Part shown: positions 7,364-18,370 of the stretch, piece after piece
How the letters are laid out: the number at the start of each line of letters is the position of its first letter
Position numbering within the stretch: position 1 is the stretch's first letter
NCBI GenBank assembly: GCA_964638415.1
Contig: CAZWYP010000003.1
Location: 1,150-65,149 of the forward strand
Direction: 5' to 3'
Length of the DNA stretch: 64,000 bases
From: an uncultured Gammaproteobacteria bacterium
GTDB taxonomy: Bacteria > Patescibacteriota > Patescibacteriia > UBA1558 > GWA2-36-10
Notes under the pieces: generated by a model
The model's database searches: none
Told to the model about the DNA's origin: nothing
What the model saw: the letters and a program-made list of their open reading frames with translations, nothing else
Program-made: the position numbers and the translations under genes

Positions 7364-9129
7364 TCTCTCTTTAAAACCGCCAAATAAGCAGATTGCGGTA
7401 TGGCCACCTTACCCATGGTAGCCATTCTTTTTTTACCTTTTTTCTGCTTCTCTAACAATTTCCTCTTGCGGGTCACATCCCCGCCATACAGCTTAGCAGT
7501 CACGTCTTTGCGCATCGGCGGAATCTTGTCCCCGGCAATAATCTTGCCGCCAATAGCGGCCTGCAGCTTAATGGCAAATTGGGCCCGGGGCAAAACTTCC
7601 TTCAGCTTGTTAATAATCTTCTTACCCACCTGATGGGCTTCTTCTCGGTAAACCAAGGTAGTTAAAGCCTCTACCGGATCTTCCGCTACCAAAATATCCA
7701 TTTTAACTAAGTCACAGATCTGGTAATCTGCTAAATCATAACTCAAAGAAGCAAAACCGGAGGAAATGCTTTTTATTTTATCATAAAAATCAACTAAGAC
7801 CGAAGTTAAAGGTATGTGGTAGCGCATAATCACCCGCTGTTCGTCTAAATAAATTGTATCCTGCGGCTCGCCCCGCTTACTGGTAATATAAGCCATTAGA
7901 TTACCAATGTAATTTTTGGGCGTTACCACCTCAATATTAACATAGGGTTCGGCAATAAAATCAATTCTGGTCGGATCAGGCATTTCTGACGGCGAAGTTA
8001 AAATTTTATTTTCTCCATTATTTAAATACAGTTGGTAAGCCACAGTCGGAGTCGTTACAATTAAATCCAAATTGTATTCCCTCTTCAGTCTTTCCTGAAA
8101 AATCTCTAAATGCAATAATCCTAAAAAACCACAACGGAAGCCGAAGCCTAAAGCAGAACTTGAAGCTGGTTCAAATTCCAAGCTGGCATCAGTTAATTTT
8201 ATCTTCAGCACCGCTTCTCTTAATCTTTGGTACTCACTGCCTTCCTGTGGAAAAATACCGGCATAAACCATAGGTTTAACCTTCTGGTAGCCGGGTAAAG
8301 CTGGGGTATTACTGCCTTTGGCAATTATTGTATCTCCAACATTAACGCCGGATAATTCCTTAATGCCCGTCACTAAATAACCAATACTGCCGTTGGTTAG
8401 TTCCGAGGCCTTCACCCAAGTAGGACTGAACCAGCCTACTTCTAAAACTTCAGTAGGTTCACCGGTAGCACTAAATTGCACTTTGTCTCCGGTTTTAATT
8501 TCTCCCCCGAATAAACGGATGTAAATAACTACTCCCCGGTATTCATCATAAACAGAATCAAAGATTAAAGCCTGCAGATCTGGCTGGCTGCTTTGCGGCG
8601 GATTGACCTTTTCACAAATCTTATCCAATAATCTATCTACTCCCTGACCGGTTTTACCAGACACTAAAAGAATATCCTCTTCCCGGCAATTAAGCAGGTT
8701 AATAATTTCCTGACTGACAGTTTTAACATCTGCCGCCGGCAAATCTATTTTGTTAATTACCGGAATAATCGTTAAGTTCTGGTCCTGGGCCAAATGCAAA
8801 TTAGCCAAAGTCTGCGCCTGCACGCCTTGGGTGGCATCTACTAATAAAATAGCTCCTTCCACAGCGGCTAAAGAACGGGAGACTTCATAGCTAAAATCCA
8901 CGTGGCCGGGAGTGTCAATGAGGTTCAAAATATAATCTTTCCAGCGCATTCTAGCCGGCTGCAGTTTAATGGTAATCCCCCGTTCCCGCTCTAATTCCAT
9001 CTGATCCAGAATCTGCGCTTTCATTTTGCGCTGCTCTACGGTTTTGGTTAATTCCAACATGCGGTCAGCTAAAGTTGACTTACCGTGGTCAATATGGGCA
9101 ATAATGCAAAAATTTCTGACTTTATCCAT
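7360..9129 (-). CDS. lepA: Elongation factor 4
   Basis: RNFCIIAHIDHGKSTLADR, DTPGHVDF, GFRCGFLGLLH, C-terminal YGGDVTRKRKLLEKQK. Confidence 0.98.
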   Translation of the reverse strand: MDKVRNFCIIAHIDHGKSTLADRMLELTKTVEQRKMKAQILDQMELERERGITIKLQPARMRWKDYILNLIDTPGHVDFSYEVSRSLAAVEGAILLVDATQGVQAQTLANLHLAQDQNLTIIPVINKIDLPAADVKTVSQEIINLLNCREEDILLVSGKTGQGVDRLLDKICEKVNPPQSSQPDLQALIFDSVYDEYRGVVIYIRLFGGEIKTGDKVQFSATGEPTEVLEVGWFSPTWVKASELTNGSIGYLVTGIKELSGVNVGDTIIAKGSNTPALPGYQKVKPMVYAGIFPQEGSEYQRLREAVLKIKLTDASLEFEPASSSALGFGFRCGFLGLLHLEIFQERLKREYNLDLIVTTPTVAYQLYLNNGENKILTSPSEMPDPTRIDFIAEPYVNIEVVTPKNYIGNLMAYITSKRGEPQDTIYLDEQRVIMRYHIPLTSVLVDFYDKIKSISSGFASLSYDLADYQICDLVKMDILVAEDPVEALTTLVYREEAHQVGKKIINKLKEVLPRAQFAIKLQAAIGGKIIAGDKIPPMRKDVTAKLYGGDVTRKRKLLEKQKKGKKRMATMGKVAIPQSAYLAVLKRD

Positions 9130-9131
9130 GA

Positions 9132-10712
9132 TTATCTGCTAAAAATGGTTTTGGTGATCTTATTCCACAATTTCTTGAATAACTCTACCTCATCCAATTT
9201 GAACACTATACCCAAAATTAGATAAACTATCAAGCCGGAGACTGCGGAAACAATGCCTTGGGTAAAGATGCCCCAAAAAGTCCGCATATCCACTACATTA
9301 GATAATAGCTGTAAGACTAAATAAGCTACTAAACCAGCTACTAAACCATTTAAAGTAATTTTCACTCCCGAAGCAAAAATCGTACTGTCATCTAGCTTGG
9401 TTACCCGGCGATGCAGCAGAATATACAGTAAAAGCATATTAATAATACTGGATATGGAAAAAGCCAAAGCTAAGCCTTCTACCCCCATGATCTGAGATAA
9501 TAAAACTGACAAAAAGATATTCAAAGCAATACTTAATACACTGACATACATCGGCGTCTTAGTATCTTCAAAAGCATAAAATGAACGGGCTAATAATGGG
9601 ATTAAGCCCTGGGCAAAAATTGACAAAGCAAAGAATCCTAAAGACTGGGCAGTGTAATAGGTATTTGACCAGTCAAAAGCACCAGTGCCTAATACCACGC
9701 GGACAATTTGCGCCCGCAAGATAATAATTAAAATGCTTAAAGGAATTAAAGCAAATAATATTCTCCGCAGACTTACTGAAAAATGCTGGGCAAATAAATC
9801 ATCATTCTTTTCGCCAATCGCCTGGGTAAAAGTCGGAAAAACTGCTACAGCTAAAGAGACGGCAAATAGGCTAACCGGCAAACTTTGTAAATTATTGGCT
9901 AGGTTAAAAATAGCAATGCTGCCGGCTGCTAAGTAAGAAGCAATTATAGTAGTGGCCACTAAGTTCATCTGGCTGGCCGCTAAGCCAATGGTTCGGGGAA
10001 TCATTAATTTAATGATCTTCTTTAAATTATGATCCCAGAATAAAGTAAATTGGTAGCGGTAGCCATTGCGCAAAGCTTCTGGCAATTGCACTAGTAAATG
10101 CAAAGCGGCTCCGATAAAAACGCCCCAAGCCAAGCCAGTTAATCCTATTAGCGGATAAAGCCAGACAATGCCTAAAATGATTCCCACGTTATACAAGCTA
10201 GCTGCTACGGAAAAGGTAAAAAACTTTTTCCAGGAATTTAAAATACCGCCAATGACATTGGAGGCGACAAAAAAAATAATGGCCAGCAGCATAATCCTGG
10301 TTAATTCATTGGTTTGCGCCAATTGCCAGTTATTAAACCCGGGAGTAAACCAATAAACCAATTGGGGCGAAAAAATAAAAGCCAAGGCTGCCAATATTCC
10401 TATAATCAGCAGAAAATAATTTAAAACCGCATTAGCCAATAATAATCCTTTATCTTTATTTTCCTGCCAAACTTTCTGAAAAACCGGAATAAAAGCAGAA
10501 GTCAGCGCTCCTAATACTAAGGTATTAAAAATTAAATCCGGCAAACGGAAAGCGGCATAATAAATATCTGACAGTTCCGAAGCACCAAAATTATGAGCAA
10601 TTAAACGTTCTCTAAATAAACCCAGTATTTTTGATAAAAATGAAAAAAAGGCGATTAATAAAGCGCCTCCGGCTACGGTGTTGTTGATTTTTTGCCAAAG
10701 CTTAAACCACAT
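9132..10712 (-). CDS. murJ: Lipid II flippase MurJ/MviN
   Basis: SKILGLFRE, AFRLPD, FYAFEDTKTP; polytopic membrane protein. Confidence 0.93.
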   Translation of the reverse strand: MWFKLWQKINNTVAGGALLIAFFSFLSKILGLFRERLIAHNFGASELSDIYYAAFRLPDLIFNTLVLGALTSAFIPVFQKVWQENKDKGLLLANAVLNYFLLIIGILAALAFIFSPQLVYWFTPGFNNWQLAQTNELTRIMLLAIIFFVASNVIGGILNSWKKFFTFSVAASLYNVGIILGIVWLYPLIGLTGLAWGVFIGAALHLLVQLPEALRNGYRYQFTLFWDHNLKKIIKLMIPRTIGLAASQMNLVATTIIASYLAAGSIAIFNLANNLQSLPVSLFAVSLAVAVFPTFTQAIGEKNDDLFAQHFSVSLRRILFALIPLSILIIILRAQIVRVVLGTGAFDWSNTYYTAQSLGFFALSIFAQGLIPLLARSFYAFEDTKTPMYVSVLSIALNIFLSVLLSQIMGVEGLALAFSISSIINMLLLYILLHRRVTKLDDSTIFASGVKITLNGLVAGLVAYLVLQLLSNVVDMRTFWGIFTQGIVSAVSGLIVYLILGIVFKLDEVELFKKLWNKITKTIFSR

Positions 10713-10713
10713 T

Positions 10714-13206
10714 TTATCTAACCGTTACAATAAAACCAAAATACTGGTCGGAAATAAGCTGGTCAGTAAAAGTCACCAGATGATCATTAATGCTCATCTG
10801 TTCTTCTGCTGAAGACTTATTCCAGACTACTTTTAAATTGCTAGGCAAAAGAATAGAAGAATTAAATACGGTATTACGGTCTCCAGATTGGCTTTGCACT
10901 AATAAACTGTAATTATCCAATTCAATATCTCCGGTTAATAAAGTCTGCCACCAATTATTAACAGTTTGGTTGGCAATGCTTAATTTAAAAGGCAGTTTGT
11001 ATTTCAGGGAAACAGTTTGAGTTTCCCCCGGAGCTAAGGCTACCCAGTTGGCAAACACTGTCTTTCCTAAACTAGAAAAAATTTCTGTCTGGCTAGCAAT
11101 ATCAATCATCTTGTTTTCTTCCTGCTCAATACTGTCATCACTCTGTGTTCCTTCTGCCACATTTTGGAAATAGTTCTCCGGCCAACTATCAAAACCAGCG
11201 GCGGAAATAAATTCACTGCCCAAAGGAACATGAACTCGCAAATAGCTTACATTCCCGCCATTAATACCTGCTAAAATATTCCCTGCCGAACCGCGATTGG
11301 TTCTGGTAATCTTAATCGTATTAATAATCTCTCCATTATTGGCAATTTCCGCCTGATGTTCAATAGTTTGGTAAATATCCTTATCTGTTTTACCGCCGCC
11401 AATATTAGTACTTACCACTTGCAGATAATCCCGGCTAGCCGGCAATACTGAACCAGACCAGCCATATTCAAAAACTTTTTCCTGGATATTCTTATTATTT
11501 AAATATAATTGAATATCTTTAGTCGCCAATTCTTGCGCTAGAGCCGCCACAATCTCCTTGTGCTTATCTGAACTGTTTAAAATTATCTCTAATAACTTAG
11601 GAGCTAATTCAGCAATAATCGCTTTCGGCTGATTAAGCTCTTTATCATAATTCAATTCAACTTCTTCCTGTAAAACCTTAAAAACATTCTCACTGGAAAT
11701 AGTGACTTCATATTCCGGCATATATACTGGACCGGTAATAACCAGGAGATCTTGTAAAACATTAGCATTAACCGCGATCACCCCGTCCACTGAAGAACCT
11801 CCGGCATTGGCAAAAAACCATTCAATTTTTTGAGCAGAAGTGGGAAAATCTGACCACCAGTTAGCGTCCCAAATATTAAAATAAGGGTTAATTAAAGACA
11901 AGGCTTTGGGAGATTTCATTTTTACTGTTTGTCCAGCCGTTAAATCATAAGAACCGCCCTTAGGTATTTCTAAATTCTTAATCTGTCCCTGATACATATC
12001 AATTAAGGCAAAGCTACCAATAAAGCCTCCAGTTGCTCTTAATTCATTATTATTTTGGAATAATAACAAATAGCGCTTTTCTTGACCGTGTCCTAAAACT
12101 TCCAACAAAACATCAAAAATCTGATTTAAATTATCCAGACTTATTACCATATCCGGCAAGTAATTCTCCAGGGTGGTAAAATAATCCTGTAATTCTTTAG
12201 GCAACCGACTGATATTAATATCATCAATGTCTTCAGCGGCCGCTGTTAAATAAGGCAGGGTTTTGCTAATCTGCTCCTGAATGAATTTTATCTGATCAGT
12301 CAGGCTGCTCTGACTTTGTAATTTAGTATTTAAAATCAAAGCCGCTTGGGAAATATTTTCACCTACGCTTAATAAATTCTTACTAACCGCTAAAGGCTTA
12401 CCTACTACCGGTAATAACTCACCAGTCTTTAACAGCCACTGCTCATATTCGTTTAAAACACTCTGTATTTCTTCAAAATTAGCCAGCGCTTGCTGAAAAT
12501 TAGCTGAAGCTTGATCATAATAATTTTCGGAAGCAGAAATAGCTCCGCTCTGCAGATTAAACAAGCCAGTCTGGCCCAGCTGCCAAATCCGATCTTTATC
12601 TTTGCTTAATTTGCCAAATAATACTAATCCCCTAATAGGCAGTAATAGAACAAAAATAATTAGAGCAAAAGCAATTAACTGCCTGCCTATACCATTAAAA
12701 CTCCAGCGCCAGGTTGGTAATTGCCAAGTTTTAGTTTGTTTAATTGGACGATAATACTCAATATTCTCCTCTGCTTCTGTTTTTTGGAAAAGCTTCTGCC
12801 ATTGATTACTAGCTTTTTCTTGCCATAGCTGCCAGTTTTCCAAATATTTAGTCTTGGCTTTTTCTGCTTCTTTACTGGCTATAATTTCCCGCAGATTAAG
12901 GATATTGCTGGAAACTTGAATTTTATCCCTACTAACTTTGGTTATTGTTGAACGAACTCTGGCATCCTCTGCCGCTCTCTGAACTAAGGCTTCTTGTTCA
13001 GCCTTATTTTCTTTAAATTTAAGAATGGCATTATCAGAAACTAAATCCTGCTTAATTAACCTGTCCAGCGCCGCTAAAGCTGCTCGTCGGTCAATACCGG
13101 GAGATTTTTCCTGATTATCATCTAACAAAAAATCATCTAGATTATCCACTAGCTGTTTTCTGATCTCAAACAATTTCTGTTTCTTGCTATGTTTTCCTAA
13201 AGACAT
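10714..13206 (-). CDS. DUF4012 domain-containing membrane-anchored protein
   Basis: YLLLFQNNNELRATGGFIGS, DANWWSDFPTSA and VDGVIAVN motifs typical of DUF4012. Confidence 0.85.
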   Translation of the reverse strand: MSLGKHSKKQKLFEIRKQLVDNLDDFLLDDNQEKSPGIDRRAALAALDRLIKQDLVSDNAILKFKENKAEQEALVQRAAEDARVRSTITKVSRDKIQVSSNILNLREIIASKEAEKAKTKYLENWQLWQEKASNQWQKLFQKTEAEENIEYYRPIKQTKTWQLPTWRWSFNGIGRQLIAFALIIFVLLLPIRGLVLFGKLSKDKDRIWQLGQTGLFNLQSGAISASENYYDQASANFQQALANFEEIQSVLNEYEQWLLKTGELLPVVGKPLAVSKNLLSVGENISQAALILNTKLQSQSSLTDQIKFIQEQISKTLPYLTAAAEDIDDINISRLPKELQDYFTTLENYLPDMVISLDNLNQIFDVLLEVLGHGQEKRYLLLFQNNNELRATGGFIGSFALIDMYQGQIKNLEIPKGGSYDLTAGQTVKMKSPKALSLINPYFNIWDANWWSDFPTSAQKIEWFFANAGGSSVDGVIAVNANVLQDLLVITGPVYMPEYEVTISSENVFKVLQEEVELNYDKELNQPKAIIAELAPKLLEIILNSSDKHKEIVAALAQELATKDIQLYLNNKNIQEKVFEYGWSGSVLPASRDYLQVVSTNIGGGKTDKDIYQTIEHQAEIANNGEIINTIKITRTNRGSAGNILAGINGGNVSYLRVHVPLGSEFISAAGFDSWPENYFQNVAEGTQSDDSIEQEENKMIDIASQTEIFSSLGKTVFANWVALAPGETQTVSLKYKLPFKLSIANQTVNNWWQTLLTGDIELDNYSLLVQSQSGDRNTVFNSSILLPSNLKVVWNKSSAEEQMSINDHLVTFTDQLISDQYFGFIVTVR

Positions 13207-13339
13207 AAAAGATTAAATATATTATAACAGATTTATCTTAAAATTCAAAGAGATAAAAATAATTATGATTGACAAATTATTAAATTAAAACTAAGATGAG
13301 TTATTAAAACGTTCCTTGCCATCAAAAAAGGGCGCCACC

Positions 13340-13594
13340 GTGTGGAAAAAAATAGTCTTTCTACTGATTTGGCTGGCTTTTTGGACTGTCCTGGGCTGGA
13401 AATTAAATGAGCCGGTAATCATCCCTGCTCTCAACTATGTTCTCCATTGGTTTGGATTATACTTAGAACCAAGTAATTTCACCGGGCCAATAGCTGGAAT
13501 AATTGCCGGAGTAAAATGGTATTTCACCCTAATCGGCATTCGCCTGCTGGCCAGAGAGAACATCAGGAAATTCCTTGCCCGCTTTGTATTTTAA
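13340..13594 (+). CDS. Small membrane protein, unknown function (GTG start preferred)
   Basis: Hydrophobic segments, its own promoter (TTGACA 13269, TAAGAT 13292) and a downstream terminator. Confidence 0.6.
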   Translation: MWKKIVFLLIWLAFWTVLGWKLNEPVIIPALNYVLHWFGLYLEPSNFTGPIAGIIAGVKWYFTLIGIRLLARENIRKFLARFVF

Positions 13595-13620
13595 AACCCC
13601 AGAGTAAAAACTGGGGTTTT
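13593..13620. terminator. Bidirectional intrinsic terminator
   Basis: AAAACCCCAG...CTGGGGTTTT between convergent genes. Confidence 0.8.
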
Positions 13621-14743
13621 ATCTTTTTAACAAAGAATCGTAAATACTAATTATTTCCTTAGCCATCCTTTTCCAGGAATACAATTTAATCTGTTCTAAA
13701 CCTAATTGGCGCAAGCGCTCGCGCAAAACATTGTCCTTGGTAATTAATTCTAAACTGGCTAATAAATCATTGTCACTCGAAGGATTAAAATATAAAGCGG
13801 CTGAGCCCAATACTTCCGGCAAAGAACTGGAACGAGCAGCCAGCACCGGTAAACCATAAGCCATTGCTTCCAATGGCGGTAAGCCAAAGCCCTCGTAATG
13901 GGAAGGAAAAACATAGGCTGTTGCCTGCTGGTAATATCCCGACAAATCCTGGTCAGAAACAAAACCAGAAAAGATAATCTTTTTTTGTCCAGCGCCAAAT
14001 AATTTAACGGCATATTCCTCTAAACGATTATAAAAATAATTCTTACTACCCACTAAAACTAAGGAATATTCTGGATGCTGTTTATTAAATTCTTTAAACC
14101 CTCTAATTAAAAATTCTAAATTTTTATGAGGATAGGCATTGCCGACATACAGCAGGAATTTCTCCGGCAAAGGTTGTTTTATTTCCCGGTAAATATCCGG
14201 CACAGTAATCCCTTCATAAACAACTTTGATCTTATTGGCTTCTTGAGAAGATAATTGCCAATAATTTTTAATATCTTGAGCAGAAAAATTAGAGACGGTA
14301 ATAATCGCCTGGGCTTGCCTAATCGCCTTGCTGATTACCAAAGCATAAGCCGCCCGCTTAAATAAGAAAAAGAATTTATTCAAAGTGCTAGCGCGTTGGG
14401 AAGGATATTTGGTCATGATTAAATCATGGATAGTCACAATGAATTTGCCAAAATAAAAATAAGGAATATTAAAATGGGGGAAATGAACTAAGTCCGGCCG
14501 CAATTTACGCAATAACCAAGGCAATTGCCACTGCTCTTTTAAGCTATACCAATGACAATTGCAAACGGTGGCGGAAAAATTAGCCGGCAGTATCGGTAAT
14601 TCATCCCGATGCTCTCCCTTAACCAAAACGATATATTCATTATCCTGATCATCTTCAACCAAACCAGCTAATAATTGCTGATTATACCTCCCTAGACCGC
14701 CATATTTCGGTCCATAGATTCGTAAATCCAAAACTATCCGCAT
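13619..14743 (-). CDS. Glycosyltransferase family 4 (MtfB-like)
   Basis: TIHDL, YVGNAYPHKN, PSHYEGFGLPPLEAM. Confidence 0.92.
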   Translation of the reverse strand: MRIVLDLRIYGPKYGGLGRYNQQLLAGLVEDDQDNEYIVLVKGEHRDELPILPANFSATVCNCHWYSLKEQWQLPWLLRKLRPDLVHFPHFNIPYFYFGKFIVTIHDLIMTKYPSQRASTLNKFFFLFKRAAYALVISKAIRQAQAIITVSNFSAQDIKNYWQLSSQEANKIKVVYEGITVPDIYREIKQPLPEKFLLYVGNAYPHKNLEFLIRGFKEFNKQHPEYSLVLVGSKNYFYNRLEEYAVKLFGAGQKKIIFSGFVSDQDLSGYYQQATAYVFPSHYEGFGLPPLEAMAYGLPVLAARSSSLPEVLGSAALYFNPSSDNDLLASLELITKDNVLRERLRQLGLEQIKLYSWKRMAKEIISIYDSLLKR

Positions 14744-15849
14744 TGGTTGAATAAATCAATAATCTTTTGAGCTTGTTTAGTCCAGTCAGTTAAGGGAAAA
14801 TCCTTGGCTGAAGCAACTAAATTGTCTTTTAACTTAATATCTTCTCTTAAAGCTTTTAGCAAAAAATATATCTCCGCTGAATTATAGGGATCAACATATA
14901 AAGCTTGCTTTCCCATAATCTCCGGCAAAGAAGTTTTGAAACTGACAATTACCGGCTTATGGTAATAAGTAATCTCTAAAGGAGGAAAGCCAAAACCTTC
15001 ATAAAAAGACGGCCAAATCAAGCCTTCGCTTAAATAATATATAGCATCTTTAAGAGGGCTATCTACAAATCCTAAATACTTAATATATGGCCTAGCCTTA
15101 ATTTCTCTTAACAATTTCCTATAAACCCAGCCTAAGTTGCCAATTAATACCAAGCCAGTGTCTGGATAATCCTTATGGTAGCGGTCAAAAGCCTGGATAA
15201 TACTAGGCACATTCTTCCGGGGCTCTAAGGTACCTAAAAACATGAAATATTTTTCTGGCAAATCTAAATTAGCCGTATACTTTCTAGCTAGAGATTCATT
15301 CATTTCCACTGAATTAATACCGGGATAAATAGTAGTTATTTTATCCGCTGGCACGGAAAAGCGGCGGATAATATCCCGTTTGGTATTATGGGATACTGCA
15401 ATTATCTTATATGACTTGTAAATTAACCGATTAACTTTAATCAAATAATGCCATAAGCGCCGGCGCCAGGAATAAAAGCTGTCACTATGCAGAAAAGATA
15501 AATCATGGACGGTAAAGATAACTTTAATATCATTGCTGAATTTGTAAAAATGCAAGTTGGGCAGCCAGAATAAATCAAGCGGTACTGGAAAATACTTATC
15601 TAGCGGCCGGCCCATTTTAAATAATAACAAGGCATTAAAAAGCTTATTGGGTATTTTTACATGAATATGCTTAACATGAGGAAGTTGCCAGTCTGACGGA
15701 ATGCTAAATTCCCTAAAACCAGAGCTTAAAAGGTAATATTTATTTTCCCGATCCAATGCCAAAATCCGGCTAATCGCATTATAAACATAATTACCGACGC
15801 CGCTAATCTTTTGATGCATAATTGGCCTGATGTCTATCCCGATATTCAT
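14734..15849 (-). CDS. Glycosyltransferase family 4
   Basis: TVHDL, GTLEPRKN, PSFYEGFGFPPLE. Confidence 0.92.
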   Translation of the reverse strand: MNIGIDIRPIMHQKISGVGNYVYNAISRILALDRENKYYLLSSGFREFSIPSDWQLPHVKHIHVKIPNKLFNALLLFKMGRPLDKYFPVPLDLFWLPNLHFYKFSNDIKVIFTVHDLSFLHSDSFYSWRRRLWHYLIKVNRLIYKSYKIIAVSHNTKRDIIRRFSVPADKITTIYPGINSVEMNESLARKYTANLDLPEKYFMFLGTLEPRKNVPSIIQAFDRYHKDYPDTGLVLIGNLGWVYRKLLREIKARPYIKYLGFVDSPLKDAIYYLSEGLIWPSFYEGFGFPPLEITYYHKPVIVSFKTSLPEIMGKQALYVDPYNSAEIYFLLKALREDIKLKDNLVASAKDFPLTDWTKQAQKIIDLFNQCG

Positions 15850-16934
15850 AACTGCTCAAGAAAATTCAAAATCTTATGCTTAAAAATCTGCTCATCAAAT
15901 TGTCTGGCATGTTCCCGGATTATCTGCTGATCAAACTGATCGGCTTGGAACCGCAAAATCGCATGCGTTAAAGAAGCCCAGTTCTGATGATTAAAAAACA
16001 TTCCCGTCTTATGTTCAACAACAGTTTCCAAAGCGCCGCCACGGGCATAAGCAATTACCGGACGGCCGGAAGCCATTGCTTCCAAAGCAGAAATGCCAAA
16101 GTCTTCAACTTGCGGATAAATAAAAGCCCGACAGCGTGCTAAATAATAATTTCTGTCTTGATCAGACAACTCTCCTAAAAATTCAATATTACTGTAGGCT
16201 TGGCGCTTTAATCTTTTTAATTGCGATCCGTCACCAATAATCTTTAATGGCAACTTCAAATTATTAAAAGCCTTAATAGCTAAATCCACTCGCTTGTAAG
16301 GACGCAAGCGGCTGACGATTAAATAATAATCACCGATTTCTTCGCTCGGTGCTAAGGTAAAATCATCCACTCTGACTGACGGATGAATAACCGCTGCTTC
16401 CCGCTGGTAATGCTTCTTTATTTTCTCCGCAATAAATTCAGAATTAGCAATAAAATAATCCACCGCCTGCGCTTTCTTAAAATCCCAAGCCTGCAAATAA
16501 TTCAAGATCTTGGGCAAAAATAGCTTTAAAATTGGACTGACTGGCAGATTACCAACGTATTCTTCCATATCATCCCATAAATAACGAGCGGAAGTATGGC
16601 AATAGCAGATATGCTTGGTTTGCTCTCCTTTTTTCAAGCCTTTAACAAAGCCAGAAGATGAACTAATTACTAGGTCGTATTCAGATAAATCCGTCTGTTC
16701 CCAGACTTTAGGCATTAAAGGTAAAAAAGATTTAAACAATAAATTAATGCCGGGTATTTTTTGCAAATAGGAAGCCTTAATGCGCTGCTGGTCGAATAAA
16801 TTTTTAGATACTTGGGGATTGTTAATTAAAGTATAAATCGGAGCAGCATCATGCAAATCGGCTAAAATAGCTAGAACTTTTTCTGCTCCGCCGTTTTGAA
16901 ACAAATGATCATGCGCTAAAGCAACCCTCTTCAT
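15846..16934 (-). CDS. Glycosyltransferase family 4 (WbaZ-like)
   Basis: HDHLFQNGGAEKV, YCHTSARYLWD, EDFGISALEAMASG. Confidence 0.92.
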   Translation of the reverse strand: MKRVALAHDHLFQNGGAEKVLAILADLHDAAPIYTLINNPQVSKNLFDQQRIKASYLQKIPGINLLFKSFLPLMPKVWEQTDLSEYDLVISSSSGFVKGLKKGEQTKHICYCHTSARYLWDDMEEYVGNLPVSPILKLFLPKILNYLQAWDFKKAQAVDYFIANSEFIAEKIKKHYQREAAVIHPSVRVDDFTLAPSEEIGDYYLIVSRLRPYKRVDLAIKAFNNLKLPLKIIGDGSQLKRLKRQAYSNIEFLGELSDQDRNYYLARCRAFIYPQVEDFGISALEAMASGRPVIAYARGGALETVVEHKTGMFFNHQNWASLTHAILRFQADQFDQQIIREHARQFDEQIFKHKILNFLEQL

Positions 16935-18325
16935 TAGTATCCTTCTTCATTCTTAATAATCGCCAAGGGCGTCTTGATAATGATAATAAAATCCAAAAGC
17001 AACGACCAATTCTCCATGTAAAAAATATCCAGCTTGGCTTCATCAGCAAACAGTAAATTGGATCGACCGGAAACCTGCGCCATGCCAGTCATGCCCGGCT
17101 TGATGCTTAATAACCTTTTGTAGCCTTTCTGGTAGCGGGAAACTTCTTCCGGCTCATGCGGACGCGGACCGACTAAGCTCATCTGCCCTTTTACAACATT
17201 GAATAGCTGCGGCAATTCATCTAAGCTGGTTTTGCGCAGCCAGCGTCCGAAACTGGTAACCCGCGGATCATTTTTCATTTTAAACAACGGCCCATCTGGT
17301 CTTTCATTCAAATCCATCATTTTAGCTTTCAGCTCATGGGCATTATTAACCATTGACCTAAACTTATACATGGTAAATACCTTGCCCTTAGCGCCTACCC
17401 GCCGCAAGCCAACGCACATTGGACCGCGGGAAGTTAATTTAACCATCAAGCCTAAAAATAACAACAAGGGAGATAAGACAATTATTAACAAAATAGCAAT
17501 AATAAAATCAAAAATCCTTTTGGCCACCCGGCCCCAGCCTTGCAGTTTAATTTCTGCAATCTCTACTAATGGAATACCGGCTTCCGAGCTTAAAATCAAA
17601 TGCAAGCTCTGCGCCTGGAAAAGATTAGCCACATACTTTAAACTTAGATGATTTTCCTGGCACCAGGTCAGTAAATCCAAAGCTTCAGTTTTATCCATAG
17701 TAGAATCCGTCTGCACTACATAATCTATTTTTTTACTATCCACCAGATCTTTAATCTTTTCCGACTTTTCCAAAGAAGCCAGATTATCAAATTCAGCTAA
17801 TACTTTAAATCCTAAGGCTGGATTATTTTTATACTCTTTAGCAATTAACTCCCTATTTTCCGAAGATCCTAGTAAAACAACTCCTGACAATCCCCAAGAC
17901 CGGCGGAAAAACTGATTCCTTATCCAAGCTACTATCATCCTAATAACTGTTAAATAGACAACGGCAAATAACCAAGAAAAGACAATAATAAAACGGGAAG
18001 AAAATTGTTCTAATTGCAAGAATAAATAAAGAATAATAATGACAAATAAAGTAGAAATACCGCTAACTACCCGGGGAATCTCCTTAACCAGCTTCTTGCT
18101 TTTCATGGTGTAAGCACCAATAATGGCTAAAATTATTACACCGGCCAAAGACATTTGCCAGGTTAAATTAAAAAAATACCCAAAAGGCATTTCAAAGATA
18201 ATTGCCCGCCAGTTAGAAACTACTGGAGAGAAACGCAAAGAATAAGCAGAAATACCCGCTAAAACTAAGAAAATAAAGTCTAGGGGTACTTGTACTAAAT
18301 TAGTGATAAAATCGGCTTTTTTCAT
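16934..18325 (-). CDS. Undecaprenyl-phosphate sugar phosphotransferase (WcaJ/WbaP-type initiating enzyme)
   Basis: KRIFD, KFRSM, DPRVT, SLDELPQLFNVVKGQMSLVGPRP, KPGMTG. Confidence 0.93.
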   Translation of the reverse strand: MKKADFITNLVQVPLDFIFLVLAGISAYSLRFSPVVSNWRAIIFEMPFGYFFNLTWQMSLAGVIILAIIGAYTMKSKKLVKEIPRVVSGISTLFVIIILYLFLQLEQFSSRFIIVFSWLFAVVYLTVIRMIVAWIRNQFFRRSWGLSGVVLLGSSENRELIAKEYKNNPALGFKVLAEFDNLASLEKSEKIKDLVDSKKIDYVVQTDSTMDKTEALDLLTWCQENHLSLKYVANLFQAQSLHLILSSEAGIPLVEIAEIKLQGWGRVAKRIFDFIIAILLIIVLSPLLLFLGLMVKLTSRGPMCVGLRRVGAKGKVFTMYKFRSMVNNAHELKAKMMDLNERPDGPLFKMKNDPRVTSFGRWLRKTSLDELPQLFNVVKGQMSLVGPRPHEPEEVSRYQKGYKRLLSIKPGMTGMAQVSGRSNLLFADEAKLDIFYMENWSLLLDFIIIIKTPLAIIKNEEGY

Positions 18326-18370
18326 GTAAATATCATAGCACTTGAAGCTATTTTAGTAAATAAAAAAGGC